A stretch of DNA of 32,000 nucleotides from Mycolicibacterium smegmatis (GCF_001457595.1 NZ_LN831039.1:720001-752000), one strand, 5' to 3'; shown: positions 1 to 8,558, counted from the first letter of the stretch. Notes: generated by a model not told the origin, from the letters alone. Numbers and translations: made by a program.

Positions 1-804
1 AGTGTCGTGCAGCCCTTCAACGAGTTCATCGTCATGCCGTACAACGCGTCCTCGATTCAGGATGCCGTCGAGAAGAGCGTGAAACTATTCGGCGTGCTCG
101 AAGAGGTGCTCACCGAGTATCTGGGGCGCAAGCCGCAGGTGGCGTCGTCGTACGGTTTCGCAAGCCCGTCCTCGGACCCGCGGGAAGTGCTGCGGCTGCT
201 GATGACCGCGGTGGAGCGCGCCGGTGTTGCCGACACCATGGCCTTCGCTTTGGACTGTGCGTCCAGCGAGATGTACGACGCCGCGGACGGAACCTACGAA
301 CTCAACGGGGAACGCGTCAGCTCCGACGATGTGATCGACTACACCCGCCGGCTCAGCAACGAGTTCCCATTTGTCTTCATCGAAGATCTCCTCGACGAGG
401 ATGACTGGACCGGATACTCCAAAGCTGTAGCGAATATCGACAAGTCGATCATTCTGGGTGACGACCTCATCGTCACCAACCGTGATCGTCTGCAGCTCGC
501 GGTGGAATCCTCAGCGGTAGGCGGGTTCATCCTCAAACCCAACCAGGTCGGCACGATCACCGAGGCGCTGGACTGTTATCGCTACGCGGTCGATCACCAA
601 CTCTTGGCCATTCCTTCGGGCCGCTCCGGTGGTGTCATCGACGACGTCGTCATGGATCTGTCGGTCGGTCTGTCGGTGCCGTTCCAGAAGAACGGAGCGC
701 CACGCTCAGGCGAACGTATTGAGAAGCTCAACTTCCTTCTGCGAGTGGCTGACTCGATGCCAGAGTGCGTGCTTGCCGACGTGCCCGCGATGGTCAGGTT
801 CTGA
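1..804 (+). CDS. Enolase-like (phosphopyruvate hydratase superfamily) protein, 5' end outside the window
   Basis: The frame is open to base 1 (S-V-VQPFNEFIVMPYNASS). Enolase-family landmarks are present: ALDCASSEMYD, VFIEDLLDEDDW, ILGDDLIVTN, ILKPNQVGTITEAL, GERIEKLNFLLR. Confidence 0.85.
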   Translation, partial: SVVQPFNEFIVMPYNASSIQDAVEKSVKLFGVLEEVLTEYLGRKPQVASSYGFASPSSDPREVLRLLMTAVERAGVADTMAFALDCASSEMYDAADGTYELNGERVSSDDVIDYTRRLSNEFPFVFIEDLLDEDDWTGYSKAVANIDKSIILGDDLIVTNRDRLQLAVESSAVGGFILKPNQVGTITEALDCYRYAVDHQLLAIPSGRSGGVIDDVVMDLSVGLSVPFQKNGAPRSGERIEKLNFLLRVADSMPECVLADVPAMVRF

Positions 805-1001
805 CCGCAACCCTCACAGAGTCCGAATCTGCAGCGTCGAAGGGACCCCAACCTGCCATCGCACCGGCCACCGAACCTTCCAAAAGAAGCCCGACCATGA
901 CCGACCCTCAAGATGACGGTGGCCGAACGAACTGAAGGCCGTCACCACCGGGTAGGAACGCTGATGAGCCGCATCACCGCGATACGAGACGGTGCCGAAC
1001 T

Positions 1002-1634
1002 TTGACGATCATCATCGGGATACCCCGCGAATCTCTACCTGGTGAGACGCGTGTCGCCGCCACACCGCAGACGGTCGGCCAGATTATCAAGCTCGGTTAC
1101 AACGTCGTCGTCGAATCCGGCGCGGGCGCTGCGGCGAGTTTCTCCGACGGTGCGTACATCGAGGCCGGTGCCGACATCGGTTCGTCTGATCAGACCTGGG
1201 ATGCCGACATCGTCCTGAAGGTGAACGCGCCCGACGATCCCGAGATCGCCGCGCTGCGTGACGGCGCCACGCTGGTCAGCCTGATCTCGCCCGCACTCAA
1301 GCCCGATCTTGTCGACAAGCTGGCCGCGCGCCCGATCACGGTGCTCGCGATGGACGCGGTGCCGCGGATTTCGCGTGCCCAGTCGCTGGATGTGTTGTCG
1401 TCGATGGCCAACATCGCCGGCTACCGCGCGGTGGTCGAGGCCGCGCACAGCTTCGGCCGGTTCTTCACCGGTCAGGTCACCGCGGCGGGCAAGGTGCCGC
1501 CGGCCAAGGTGCTGGTGGTGGGCGCCGGGGTGGCCGGGCTGGCCGCGATCGGCGCGGCCGGCAGTCTGGGTGCGATCGTGCGGGCCACCGATCCCCGGCC
1601 CGAGGTTGCCGATCAGGTCAAATCCCCTCGGTGA
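1002..1634 (+). pseudogene. pntA: Truncated NAD(P) transhydrogenase alpha subunit (PntA N-terminal fragment, about 210 aa)
   Basis: GIPRESLPGETRVAATPQTV...LSSMANIAGYRAVVEAAHSFGRFFTGQVTAAGKVPPAKVLVVGAGVAGLAAIGAAGSLGAIVRATDPRPEVADQV closely matches the PntA N-terminus. Similarity then stops abruptly at KSPR-stop. TTG start. Confidence 0.85.
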
Positions 1635-1660
1635 AACGCGGAGTTGTCCGCCGTCCACGC

Positions 1661-1836
1661 GTAAGCACCCAGCGACGACTCGCCCATACGAGTTCAGTTG
1701 GCGTTCACAAGCATTGGACGAGCGATTGGGTGCGGCTCACGCTGTGGAGCTGCCGTTTGTATTCGACCGGCTTGACCTGGACGCCGTGCGCGGCACCCGC
1801 GCATTGCTCGGTCCCGGCGAACCTCCGCCGCGCTGG
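1661..1836 (+). pseudogene. Carboxylesterase C-terminal remnant
   Basis: The translated fragment HPATTRPYEFSWRSQALDERLGAAHAVELPFVFDRLDLDAVRGTRALLGPGEPP parallels the intact esterase at 3699-5090 (THRYEFGWRSASLDGRLGAAHAVELPFVFDRLHLGVLRGPRALLGPGEPP). It has no start and no N-terminal domain. Confidence 0.85.
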
Positions 1837-2696
1837 AGGTCTTGGATATTTTTCCCCTGGACGGATCGGGCCAGCAGTTCCATCGTGTCCGCCGACGCGG
1901 AACCGGCAGCGGTCGTGACGAGGCACAGGGACTGCTCGGCGTTGCGGGCGATCTTGAGGTTCTGCTGTGTGACGGTGAACGCGCCGACCAGCGGATGGCG
2001 GAGGTCGTAAGTGTCGGCCTCACACGGCTTGACGCGATGATCTGCCCACAGGGACACGAATTCGGGGCTCTTCATGGACAGCTCGCCGATCAACCCTGCC
2101 AGCAGGGCGTCTTCGGGAAACCGCCCCGCGACCAAGCGCAAGTTGCCGACCACCGCGCGGGCCTTGCGCTCCCAGTCGGCGTACAGCTCGCGGGTGTGCG
2201 GATCGAGAAACAGCAGCCGGGCAAGGTTTGGTCGCTCACTGGGACGATCCACCAGGGAGGGGTCGACATGCCCGGCGAACAGCGCATGTCCCAGGGCGTT
2301 CCAGGCCAGGATGTCCGTGCGTCGGCCCACCACGATCGCGGGGAGGTTGTCCAGTGAACGTAGGAGATCCCGGGTCAGCGCGCTGACCCGCTCGGCCGGC
2401 GGCCGCCGGGCAGGCTGAGACCGCTGTGCGGCGAGTTCACGCAGGTGGCGCCTCTCGTGGGCATCCAACTGCAGCGCATCTGCCAACGCATCGAGGATCG
2501 CGTCCGACGCGTTCACCGACTGTCCCTGCTCCAGGCGCGTGTAGTAGGACACGCTCACCCCGGCCAGCTGGGCGAGCTCCTCGCGTCGCAGGCCAGGCAC
2601 CCGCCGGCGCTCCCCGAAGCGCGCCAAGCCGACGTCTTCGGGGCTGAGGCGGCTGCGTCGGGCCCGCAAGAACTCGCCGAGTTGTCCGGTGGTCAT
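1737..2696 (-). CDS. XRE-family HTH transcriptional regulator with MmyB-like ligand-binding domain; C-terminal tail appears to be read-through
   Basis: HTH core VPGLRREELAQLAGVSVSYYTRLEQG, then LLRSLDNLPAIVVGRRTDILAWNALGHALF typical of MmyB-like regulators. Start taken at MTTGQLGEFLRARR. Confidence 0.85.
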   Translation of the reverse strand: MTTGQLGEFLRARRSRLSPEDVGLARFGERRRVPGLRREELAQLAGVSVSYYTRLEQGQSVNASDAILDALADALQLDAHERRHLRELAAQRSQPARRPPAERVSALTRDLLRSLDNLPAIVVGRRTDILAWNALGHALFAGHVDPSLVDRPSERPNLARLLFLDPHTRELYADWERKARAVVGNLRLVAGRFPEDALLAGLIGELSMKSPEFVSLWADHRVKPCEADTYDLRHPLVGAFTVTQQNLKIARNAEQSLCLVTTAAGSASADTMELLARSVQGKNIQDLQRGGGSPGPSNARVPRTASRSSRSNTNGSSTA

Positions 2697-2797
2697 CACA
2701 CCACTATGCACCGAGGCCGGGCGGGATGCCTGACCCTGCCAGTGGTAGGCAAACGCGGGTCTGGTTGTCCCGCCGAGGGATACGCAAGCTTGGCGGC

Positions 2798-3706
2798 ATG
2801 GACGAGATTGTGTTGGGCGACGTGTCGGTTACCCGCGTCATGGAGTACTACGGCTCTGTCGAGATGTCACCGGAGACGTTCTTTCCGGAGAGCCCCGACG
2901 GCGCCTGGCAACGCAACGAGCAGTGGCTCGCGCCGGACTTCTTCGACCCCGAAGCGAACATCTGCATATCGGCCATCCAGACCTGGGTGTTGCGCAGCGA
3001 GGGCAGGACCATCCTCGTCGACACCGGCGTGGGTAACCACAAACAACGGCCGCACTCACCGGTGTGGCACGACCTCGACACCGCGTTCCTCGGCAACCTC
3101 GCCGCCGCCGGGGTGGCGCCCGGGGACGTCGACCTGGTGATCAACACGCACCTGCATGTCGACCACGTCGGCTGGAACACCTATCTCGACGACGGCAGTT
3201 GGGTGCCGACGTTTCCCAACGCCACCTATCTGATGCCGAGGCCCGACTTCGAGTTCTGGAACCCGGAGAACGGGCATCACTCGAATCCAGGGGCCCGCAA
3301 CGTGTTCGAGGACAGCGTCGCACCTGTGCACGCTGCGGGGCTGACGTTGTTGTGGGACGGCAACTTCCAGATCGACCCCAATCTGACGCTGGAGCCGGCC
3401 CCTGGCCACACGCCCGGTTCATCGGTGGTGACGCTGCGGTCCGGCACCGACCGGGCTGTCTTCGTCGGCGACATGATGCACACCGCACTGCAATTCGTCG
3501 AACCGGACACCAACAGTTGCTTCTGCGAGGATCCGGTGCAGGCGCGGGTCACCCGCCGCCGGATTCTGGGCCAGGCGGCAGACACGAACACGCTGGTGTT
3601 CCCCGCACATCTCGGTGGCCACGGCGGTGCCGAGCTGGTGCGGGACGGGGACCGGTTCTCGATCAAGGAATGGGCGCCGTTCAAGCGCGTGACCGCCCAT
3701 GCCTGA
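2798..3706 (+). CDS. Metallo-beta-lactamase-fold hydrolase
   Basis: Signature INTHLHVDHVGWNTY (HxHxDH) plus APGHTPGSSVV and FPAHLGGHGG. Start placed at MDEIVLGDVSVTRV; the ORF is open upstream to 2726. Confidence 0.88.
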   Translation: MDEIVLGDVSVTRVMEYYGSVEMSPETFFPESPDGAWQRNEQWLAPDFFDPEANICISAIQTWVLRSEGRTILVDTGVGNHKQRPHSPVWHDLDTAFLGNLAAAGVAPGDVDLVINTHLHVDHVGWNTYLDDGSWVPTFPNATYLMPRPDFEFWNPENGHHSNPGARNVFEDSVAPVHAAGLTLLWDGNFQIDPNLTLEPAPGHTPGSSVVTLRSGTDRAVFVGDMMHTALQFVEPDTNSCFCEDPVQARVTRRRILGQAADTNTLVFPAHLGGHGGAELVRDGDRFSIKEWAPFKRVTAHA

Positions 3707-5090
3707 TCCGATCGTCGTCACCGCCGACGGCGCGGTCCGGGGCCGGCGCGACGGTGACGCGCACGTATTTCACGCCATCCCGTATGCCGCACCGCCCACC
3801 GGCGCAGCGCGCTTCACCGAGCCCGCGCCGCATCCCCCGTGGCGCGGCGTGCGCGACGCCACACAGCCGGGACCGACTGCGCCGCAGCCCAACCGGGGCG
3901 GGTTCGGCGCGCTGGACATGTCGCCGTTCTTCGGTCAGGGCTGGATACCCGGCTCGGACTACTTGACCGTCAACGTGTGGGCACCGCCTGCCGCCGAGCA
4001 GGCGCCGGTCATGGTGTTCGTGCACGGCGGTGGCTTCGTCGCCGGATCCACCCGGTCACCGCTGTACGACGGCACGGCGTTCGCCCGTGACGGCGTGGTA
4101 CTCGTGACCGTCACCTACAGGCTGGGCATCGCGGGATTTCTCAGCCTGCCTGGCGCGCCGGACAATCGCGGTCTGCTCGACGTCGTCGCCGCACTGCGGT
4201 GGGTGCGAGACAACATCGGTGCGTTCGGCGGCGATCCCGGCAATGTCACGCTGTTCGGCCAATCCGCCGGCGCGACGATCACCGCTGCTGTGGCAGCCAC
4301 GCCCGACGCCGGACGGCTGATCCGTCGCGCGATCGTCCAGAGCGGCAATGGCATGGGTGCATTCGACCGAGAGCAGGCCGCGAGGGTGACGCACGCGGCG
4401 GCCGAACGGCTCGGCATTAAGCCGACTCTCGACGACTTCGCGCGGGTGAGCGACGAGCGCCTCGTTGACGTGTCAGGTCAATTGACCGGGCTGGATCTAC
4501 GGACCACCGACCGGTTCGATCCGCTGGTGGGGCTCAGCCCTTTCAGCATCGTGCTTACGCGTCAAGCCGCAGAGACCATCGGCGACGAGGTGCCCATGCT
4601 GATCGGCACCAACACCGAGGAAGGCAATCTGTACCTGGCTCCCGGCGGCCTGCTCGACACCTCGACCGCCGCCGACGTCCGCAGCCTGGCAGCGCGCGTC
4701 GACACCGATCCGGCGGCTCTGGTGGCGCGCTATCGCGACCGGCACCCGCGGGCCGGCTGGGGTGAACTGCGGTCGGCAATCCTGGGTGACGCGTTGTTCG
4801 GCACGGGCAGCCGCCGGCTGGCCCAGGTGCATCCGGCGACTACGCACCGCTACGAGTTCGGTTGGCGCTCAGCGTCCTTGGACGGGCGACTGGGTGCGGC
4901 CCACGCGGTGGAGCTGCCGTTCGTGTTCGACCGGCTCCACCTGGGCGTCTTGCGCGGCCCCCGCGCGTTGCTCGGTCCCGGCGAACCTCCGGCCGCGCTG
5001 GCCGCCGAGATGCACGGCGCCTGGGTTGGTTATGCCAGAACCGGTGACCCCGGTTGGTCGCAGTCGGTGACGCACCGGTTCACGGGCTGA
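3699..5090 (+). CDS. Type-B carboxylesterase family protein
   Basis: GLDYLTVNVWAP-like motif (SDYLTVNVWAP), oxyanion HGGGFVAGS, nucleophile elbow FGQSAGA, and full length of 463 aa. The start overlaps the end of the upstream MBL gene. Confidence 0.92.
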   Translation: MPDPIVVTADGAVRGRRDGDAHVFHAIPYAAPPTGAARFTEPAPHPPWRGVRDATQPGPTAPQPNRGGFGALDMSPFFGQGWIPGSDYLTVNVWAPPAAEQAPVMVFVHGGGFVAGSTRSPLYDGTAFARDGVVLVTVTYRLGIAGFLSLPGAPDNRGLLDVVAALRWVRDNIGAFGGDPGNVTLFGQSAGATITAAVAATPDAGRLIRRAIVQSGNGMGAFDREQAARVTHAAAERLGIKPTLDDFARVSDERLVDVSGQLTGLDLRTTDRFDPLVGLSPFSIVLTRQAAETIGDEVPMLIGTNTEEGNLYLAPGGLLDTSTAADVRSLAARVDTDPAALVARYRDRHPRAGWGELRSAILGDALFGTGSRRLAQVHPATTHRYEFGWRSASLDGRLGAAHAVELPFVFDRLHLGVLRGPRALLGPGEPPAALAAEMHGAWVGYARTGDPGWSQSVTHRFTG

Positions 5091-5097
5091 CGGAGCG

Positions 5098-5156
5098 CCG
5101 AGATTGCGCTGAGGGTCGTGAACCCCGCGAAATCACAGCCCTGGCTTCAATCTCGG
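5098..5156. repeat. Nested inverted repeat (59 bp) between the esterase and the tetR 3' end
   Basis: CCGAGATTG (5098-5106) and CAATCTCGG (5148-5156) are perfect 9-bp arms. The inner arms AGGGTCGTGA (5112-5121) and TCACAGCCCT (5133-5142) match at 8 of 10 positions. Confidence 0.75.
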
Positions 5157-5779
5157 TGATGTGCGTCGCGCTCGCCGGGCTGCAGGGTCCCCAACGCGTC
5201 CAGCATCAGGCGCAATTGATCGACGAGTTGTTCAGGGGTGAAGGTGATCTCACCGGCCAGCCAGGCACTGAGGGTCTGGGTCACCCCGCCGACCACAAAA
5301 TGCGACACCGCCCTGAGTTCGTCGTTCTCTTTCAGTCGCAACGTGTCACCGGCGTGCTGACCGAGCAGGCCCGCGAAAAACGCGATGGATTCGACGCGTT
5401 TTCGGGCCAGCACCTCGTTGGACTGCTGGGTGCTGAACAACAGCCGGCCGATGCGCGGATCGTCGGCGATGATCCGCACGATGGTGTCCATGCCGGCCGC
5501 GGTCTGCTCCGGTAGCGGAACGGCCGTGACGGCGCTCTGGATCGAGATGGCGATGTCGGCGATCACCCAGTCGTAGACCTCGGCGACGAACTGGTCCTTG
5601 TCGGAGAAGCTCTCGTAGAAGTAGCGCGCGGCCAGCCCGGCTTGCTTGCACACCGCCCGGACTGTCAGCTCGGCGTTCTCGGCGCCCAACAGGTCCAACC
5701 CGGCCGCCAGCAGCTGACCGCGGCGCTGCGAGAGGCGGTCGGCCGCTTCGATGCCACGGTATGGGCGGACCGGCGTCAC
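5147..5779 (-). CDS. TetR-family transcriptional regulator
   Basis: N-terminal HTH GAENAELTVRAVCKQAGLAARYFYESFSDKDQFVAEVYD; 210 aa. Confidence 0.88.
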   Translation of the reverse strand: MTPVRPYRGIEAADRLSQRRGQLLAAGLDLLGAENAELTVRAVCKQAGLAARYFYESFSDKDQFVAEVYDWVIADIAISIQSAVTAVPLPEQTAAGMDTIVRIIADDPRIGRLLFSTQQSNEVLARKRVESIAFFAGLLGQHAGDTLRLKENDELRAVSHFVVGGVTQTLSAWLAGEITFTPEQLVDQLRLMLDALGTLQPGERDAHHRD

Positions 5780-5857
5780 TCAACCATCTTGACACTCGTC
5801 ACACCGGCGGGCCACTATCAGGAAACACACGTTCTCAGTTTCTCGATAGGGGTGCTC

Positions 5858-6763
5858 ATGACGGTCAGTGAACCGGTCCGGGAGATCGTCGAACGGCCGA
5901 TGGCAGGTCCGGCGTACCCGGAGGCTCACACCAGGCGACGCCGACGCGGCGCCGGCTTCGACGACGGACTGATGGGGGTGGCGTTGCTGGCGGGCCCGGC
6001 CAACGTGATCATGCAGCTGGCCAACCCGGGCGTGGGCTACGGCGTCGTCGAGAGTCGCGTCGAGAGCGGCCGCACCGACCTGCACCCGGTCAAGCGGGCC
6101 CGCACCACCTTCACTTACCTCGCGGTGGCCACCCGCGGCGACGAACAGCAGAAGGCCGCTTACCGCCGCGCGGTCAACAAGGCGCACGCCCAGGTGTACT
6201 CCACCGAGGACAGCCCCGTGAAGTACAACGCGTTCGACAAAGACCTGCAGCTGTGGGTCGCCGCCTGCCTCTACAAGGGCGGGGTCGACGTGTTCCGGAT
6301 GTTCGTCGGCGAGATGGACGACGAGACCGCCGACCGGCACTACCGCGACAGCGTCACCATGGGCACGACGCTTCAGGTCCCCGAGGAGATGTGGCCGGCC
6401 GACCGCGCGGCCTTCGACAAGTACTGGGCCGAGCAACTCGACAAGGTCCACATCGACGACACCGTGCGCGGGTATCTATACCCGATCGCGGCGGGCCGGC
6501 CGAAAAACCCGAAGTTGCCGCGGTTCATCCAGCACCGGCTCGACAACGTCGCCCTGCTGATCACCACCGGATTCCTGCCGCAGCGGTTCCGTGACGAGAT
6601 GTGCCTGCCCTGGGATGCCCAGCGGCAGCGGCGGTTCGACCGGCTGATCGCGGTACTGCGGACGGTGAACAACCTGCTGCCGTCGGTCCTGCGGCAGTTC
6701 CCCTTCAACGTTCTGCTGAAAGACCTCGACTGGCGGATCCGCACCGGGCGCCCGCTGGTCTGA
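5858..6763 (+). CDS. Oxygenase MpaB family / DUF2236 protein
   Basis: Family-like blocks MQLANPGVGYGVVESRVESGR, PVKYNAFDKDLQLWVAACLYKGGVD and MWPADRAAFDKYWAEQLDK. Start at MTVSEPVREIVE, divergent from tetR. Confidence 0.82.
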   Translation: MTVSEPVREIVERPMAGPAYPEAHTRRRRRGAGFDDGLMGVALLAGPANVIMQLANPGVGYGVVESRVESGRTDLHPVKRARTTFTYLAVATRGDEQQKAAYRRAVNKAHAQVYSTEDSPVKYNAFDKDLQLWVAACLYKGGVDVFRMFVGEMDDETADRHYRDSVTMGTTLQVPEEMWPADRAAFDKYWAEQLDKVHIDDTVRGYLYPIAAGRPKNPKLPRFIQHRLDNVALLITTGFLPQRFRDEMCLPWDAQRQRRFDRLIAVLRTVNNLLPSVLRQFPFNVLLKDLDWRIRTGRPLV

Positions 6764-6774
6764 GTATTTGTCCT

Positions 6775-7206
6775 TCAGTCCAGACTCGGCCTCAGATGAC
6801 GGACCGTGGTGAATCGGGCGAAGTCCCGATCGAGAGTCGCCACGTCGCAATGATGTTCGTGGGCGATGGCCGCGAGCACTGCATCGGGGATCAGGTCGCC
6901 GGAGGCATCGCCTTCGTCGCAAAGTTGGTGCAGCAGCGCAAGGTGCCGCGGGCCCGCGCTTACCGGCACGTGGTGCGGTTGGCCGTTGACGGCTTCGATG
7001 AACGCGAACGCATCGTCACGGGGTGTGGGGACTGGGAAGATACGCCGATTGGTTACCAATCGCAGGAACGACGCCCACACCTGTACCGGGACGGTGAACG
7101 GTCCGTCGCCATCGAGCAGGCGATCGAACCACGGACGCACGGTGGCGTGATCTGGGTGGTCTGCGCGGTATGCCGCAAGTACGACGTTCACGTCTAGCAG
7201 GAACAT
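6775..7206 (-). CDS. VapC-like PIN-domain toxin
   Basis: [20 protein letters not shown] (PIN N-terminus with Asp), acidic residues later, and [15 protein letters not shown] near the C-terminus; 143 aa, immediately downstream of an antitoxin-like ORF. Confidence 0.87.
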   Translation of the reverse strand: MFLLDVNVVLAAYRADHPDHATVRPWFDRLLDGDGPFTVPVQVWASFLRLVTNRRIFPVPTPRDDAFAFIEAVNGQPHHVPVSAGPRHLALLHQLCDEGDASGDLIPDAVLAAIAHEHHCDVATLDRDFARFTTVRHLRPSLD

Positions 7207-7214
7207 TGCGCTCG

Positions 7215-7472
7215 CTACTTGAGCGCGTTGAGGTCGAGGCCTTCGTCGAGGACTTCGTGAAGTGCGCGGGCCGACCGTAGGTCGATACCGGCACGCGGCC
7301 CGGTGCCGTCGGTGAATACCGGAACCTCTGGACGTGGCGCCGCTTCCTGATCGGCAGCCAGTTCGCGGCGCAGAGCATCCTCGATCACCGAGCCCAATGA
7401 CTGGCCACGCTGGCGGGCTCGGCGCTTGGCCGCGGCCAGTAATTCATCGGCGATCGCGATCGTGGTGCGCAC
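7215..7472 (-). CDS. VapB-like ribbon-helix-helix antitoxin
   Basis: [38 protein letters not shown], 85 aa, GTG start, 8 nt upstream of the PIN toxin ORF. Confidence 0.85.
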   Translation of the reverse strand: MRTTIAIADELLAAAKRRARQRGQSLGSVIEDALRRELAADQEAAPRPEVPVFTDGTGPRAGIDLRSARALHEVLDEGLDLNALK

Positions 7473-7484
7473 GATGACAATGCT

Positions 7485-7502
7485 AGCGCATCAAGCGCAT
7501 CA
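7485..7502. repeat. Perfect tandem 9-bp direct repeat (AGCGCATCA x2) upstream of the vapB-like gene
   Basis: Read directly: tgct-AGCGCATCA-AGCGCATCA-ccaatg. Confidence 0.8.
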
Positions 7503-7570
7503 CCAATGTCGGCGCAACGTTGTGAGCTCGTAGGGTGACCTGTCAGGAACACGGCGTACTCTCGCGCGAC

Positions 7571-8473
7571 GTGAGCACCGGACGGACTGACAACGACAGC
7601 TGGGACATCACCACAAGCGTGGGCTCGACCGCGCTGTTCGTCGCCGCCTCAAGGGCTTTGGAGGCACGAAAACCGGAACCCCTGGCCGTCGACCGGTACG
7701 CGGAGACCTTCTGCCGCATGGCCGGCGACCAATGGGTCGATGCGATCGACGGCACCGATCCCGAGCACCCGTTGCGGACCGAGTTCGGCCGGCACTTCGT
7801 GAACTTCCAGGCCGCGCGCACCAAGTACTTCGACGAGTACTTCCACCGCGCCGCCGCGGCCGGGGTGCGTCAGGTCGTGGTGCTGGCGGCGGGCCTGGAT
7901 TCCCGTGCCTACCGGTTGCCATGGCCGGATGGCACAGTTGTCTACGAACTGGACCAGCCCAAGGTCCTCGAGTTCAAACGCGACGCCATGAAACGCCTCG
8001 GCGAAACCCCTGCCGCAGAGCGTCGCGAGGTTGCCATCGACCTCCGAGAGGACTGGCCGCAGGCCCTCCGAGCAAAGGGCTTCGACCCTTCCGAACCCTC
8101 GGCGTGGATTGCCGAGGGCCTGCTGATCTATTTGCCGGCTCCAGCACAGGATCGGTTGTTTGCCGGCATCGACGGATTGGCCGCCCCGGGCAGCTTCGTG
8201 GCGGTGGAAGAGGCCTCGCCGATGCCCCACGACGCGTTCGAGGCCAAGCGTGCGGAGGCCGCGGCCTCCCCGGAAGAGAACGAATTTTTCACGCTGGTGT
8301 ACAACGAGCAGCACGCCCCCGCTGAACAGTGGTTTTCCGCTCGGGGGTGGGTGGCAGCGACCACCCCTCTGCATGAATATCTAGGTCAGGTCGGTCGGCC
8401 CGTCCCTGGTCCGGACACTGAAGCGGGGCTGATGACGGGCACAATCAGCCTGGTTTCCGCAACCAAAAGGTGA
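7571..8473 (+). CDS. Class I SAM-dependent methyltransferase (leucine carboxyl methyltransferase-like; mycobacterial Rv0281-type)
   Basis: [83 protein letters not shown] start chosen; the ORF is open to 7535. Confidence 0.9.
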   Translation: MSTGRTDNDSWDITTSVGSTALFVAASRALEARKPEPLAVDRYAETFCRMAGDQWVDAIDGTDPEHPLRTEFGRHFVNFQAARTKYFDEYFHRAAAAGVRQVVVLAAGLDSRAYRLPWPDGTVVYELDQPKVLEFKRDAMKRLGETPAAERREVAIDLREDWPQALRAKGFDPSEPSAWIAEGLLIYLPAPAQDRLFAGIDGLAAPGSFVAVEEASPMPHDAFEAKRAEAAASPEENEFFTLVYNEQHAPAEQWFSARGWVAATTPLHEYLGQVGRPVPGPDTEAGLMTGTISLVSATKR

Positions 8474-8506
8474 GCCGATTCACGTTCTGACCGGACTACG
8501 TGCATC

Positions 8507-8535
8507 TCGACACTGAACTTATGCAATGCTAACTT
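8507..8535 (+). promoter_or_regulatory. Candidate sigma-A-like promoter for the ESX-3 operon
   Basis: TCGACA (8507-8512), 17-nt spacer, TAACTT (8530-8535). Confidence 0.4.
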
Positions 8536-8539
8536 CAGC

Positions 8540-8558
8540 AAAAGTTAGCCTAGCCATA
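8540..8558. promoter_or_regulatory. IdeR (iron-box)-like operator upstream of eccA3
   Basis: AAAAGTTAGCCTAGCCATA matches 13 of 19 positions of the recalled iron-box consensus TTAGGTTAGCCTAACCTAA, with the central GTTAGCCTA intact. It lies about 45 nt before the eccA3 start. Confidence 0.65.

Noticed and set aside
1621-1660. Possible insertion-sequence footprint at the pntA/esterase junction
   Set aside because: There is no convincing terminal inverted repeat, target-site duplication or transposase fragment; simple deletion or recombination is an adequate explanation.
1309-2010. 233-aa plus-strand ORF spanning pntA and the esterase remnant
   Set aside because: Only the middle section resembles a real protein (esterase fragment). 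The first part is an out-of-frame read of pntA and the last part is antisense to the regulator.
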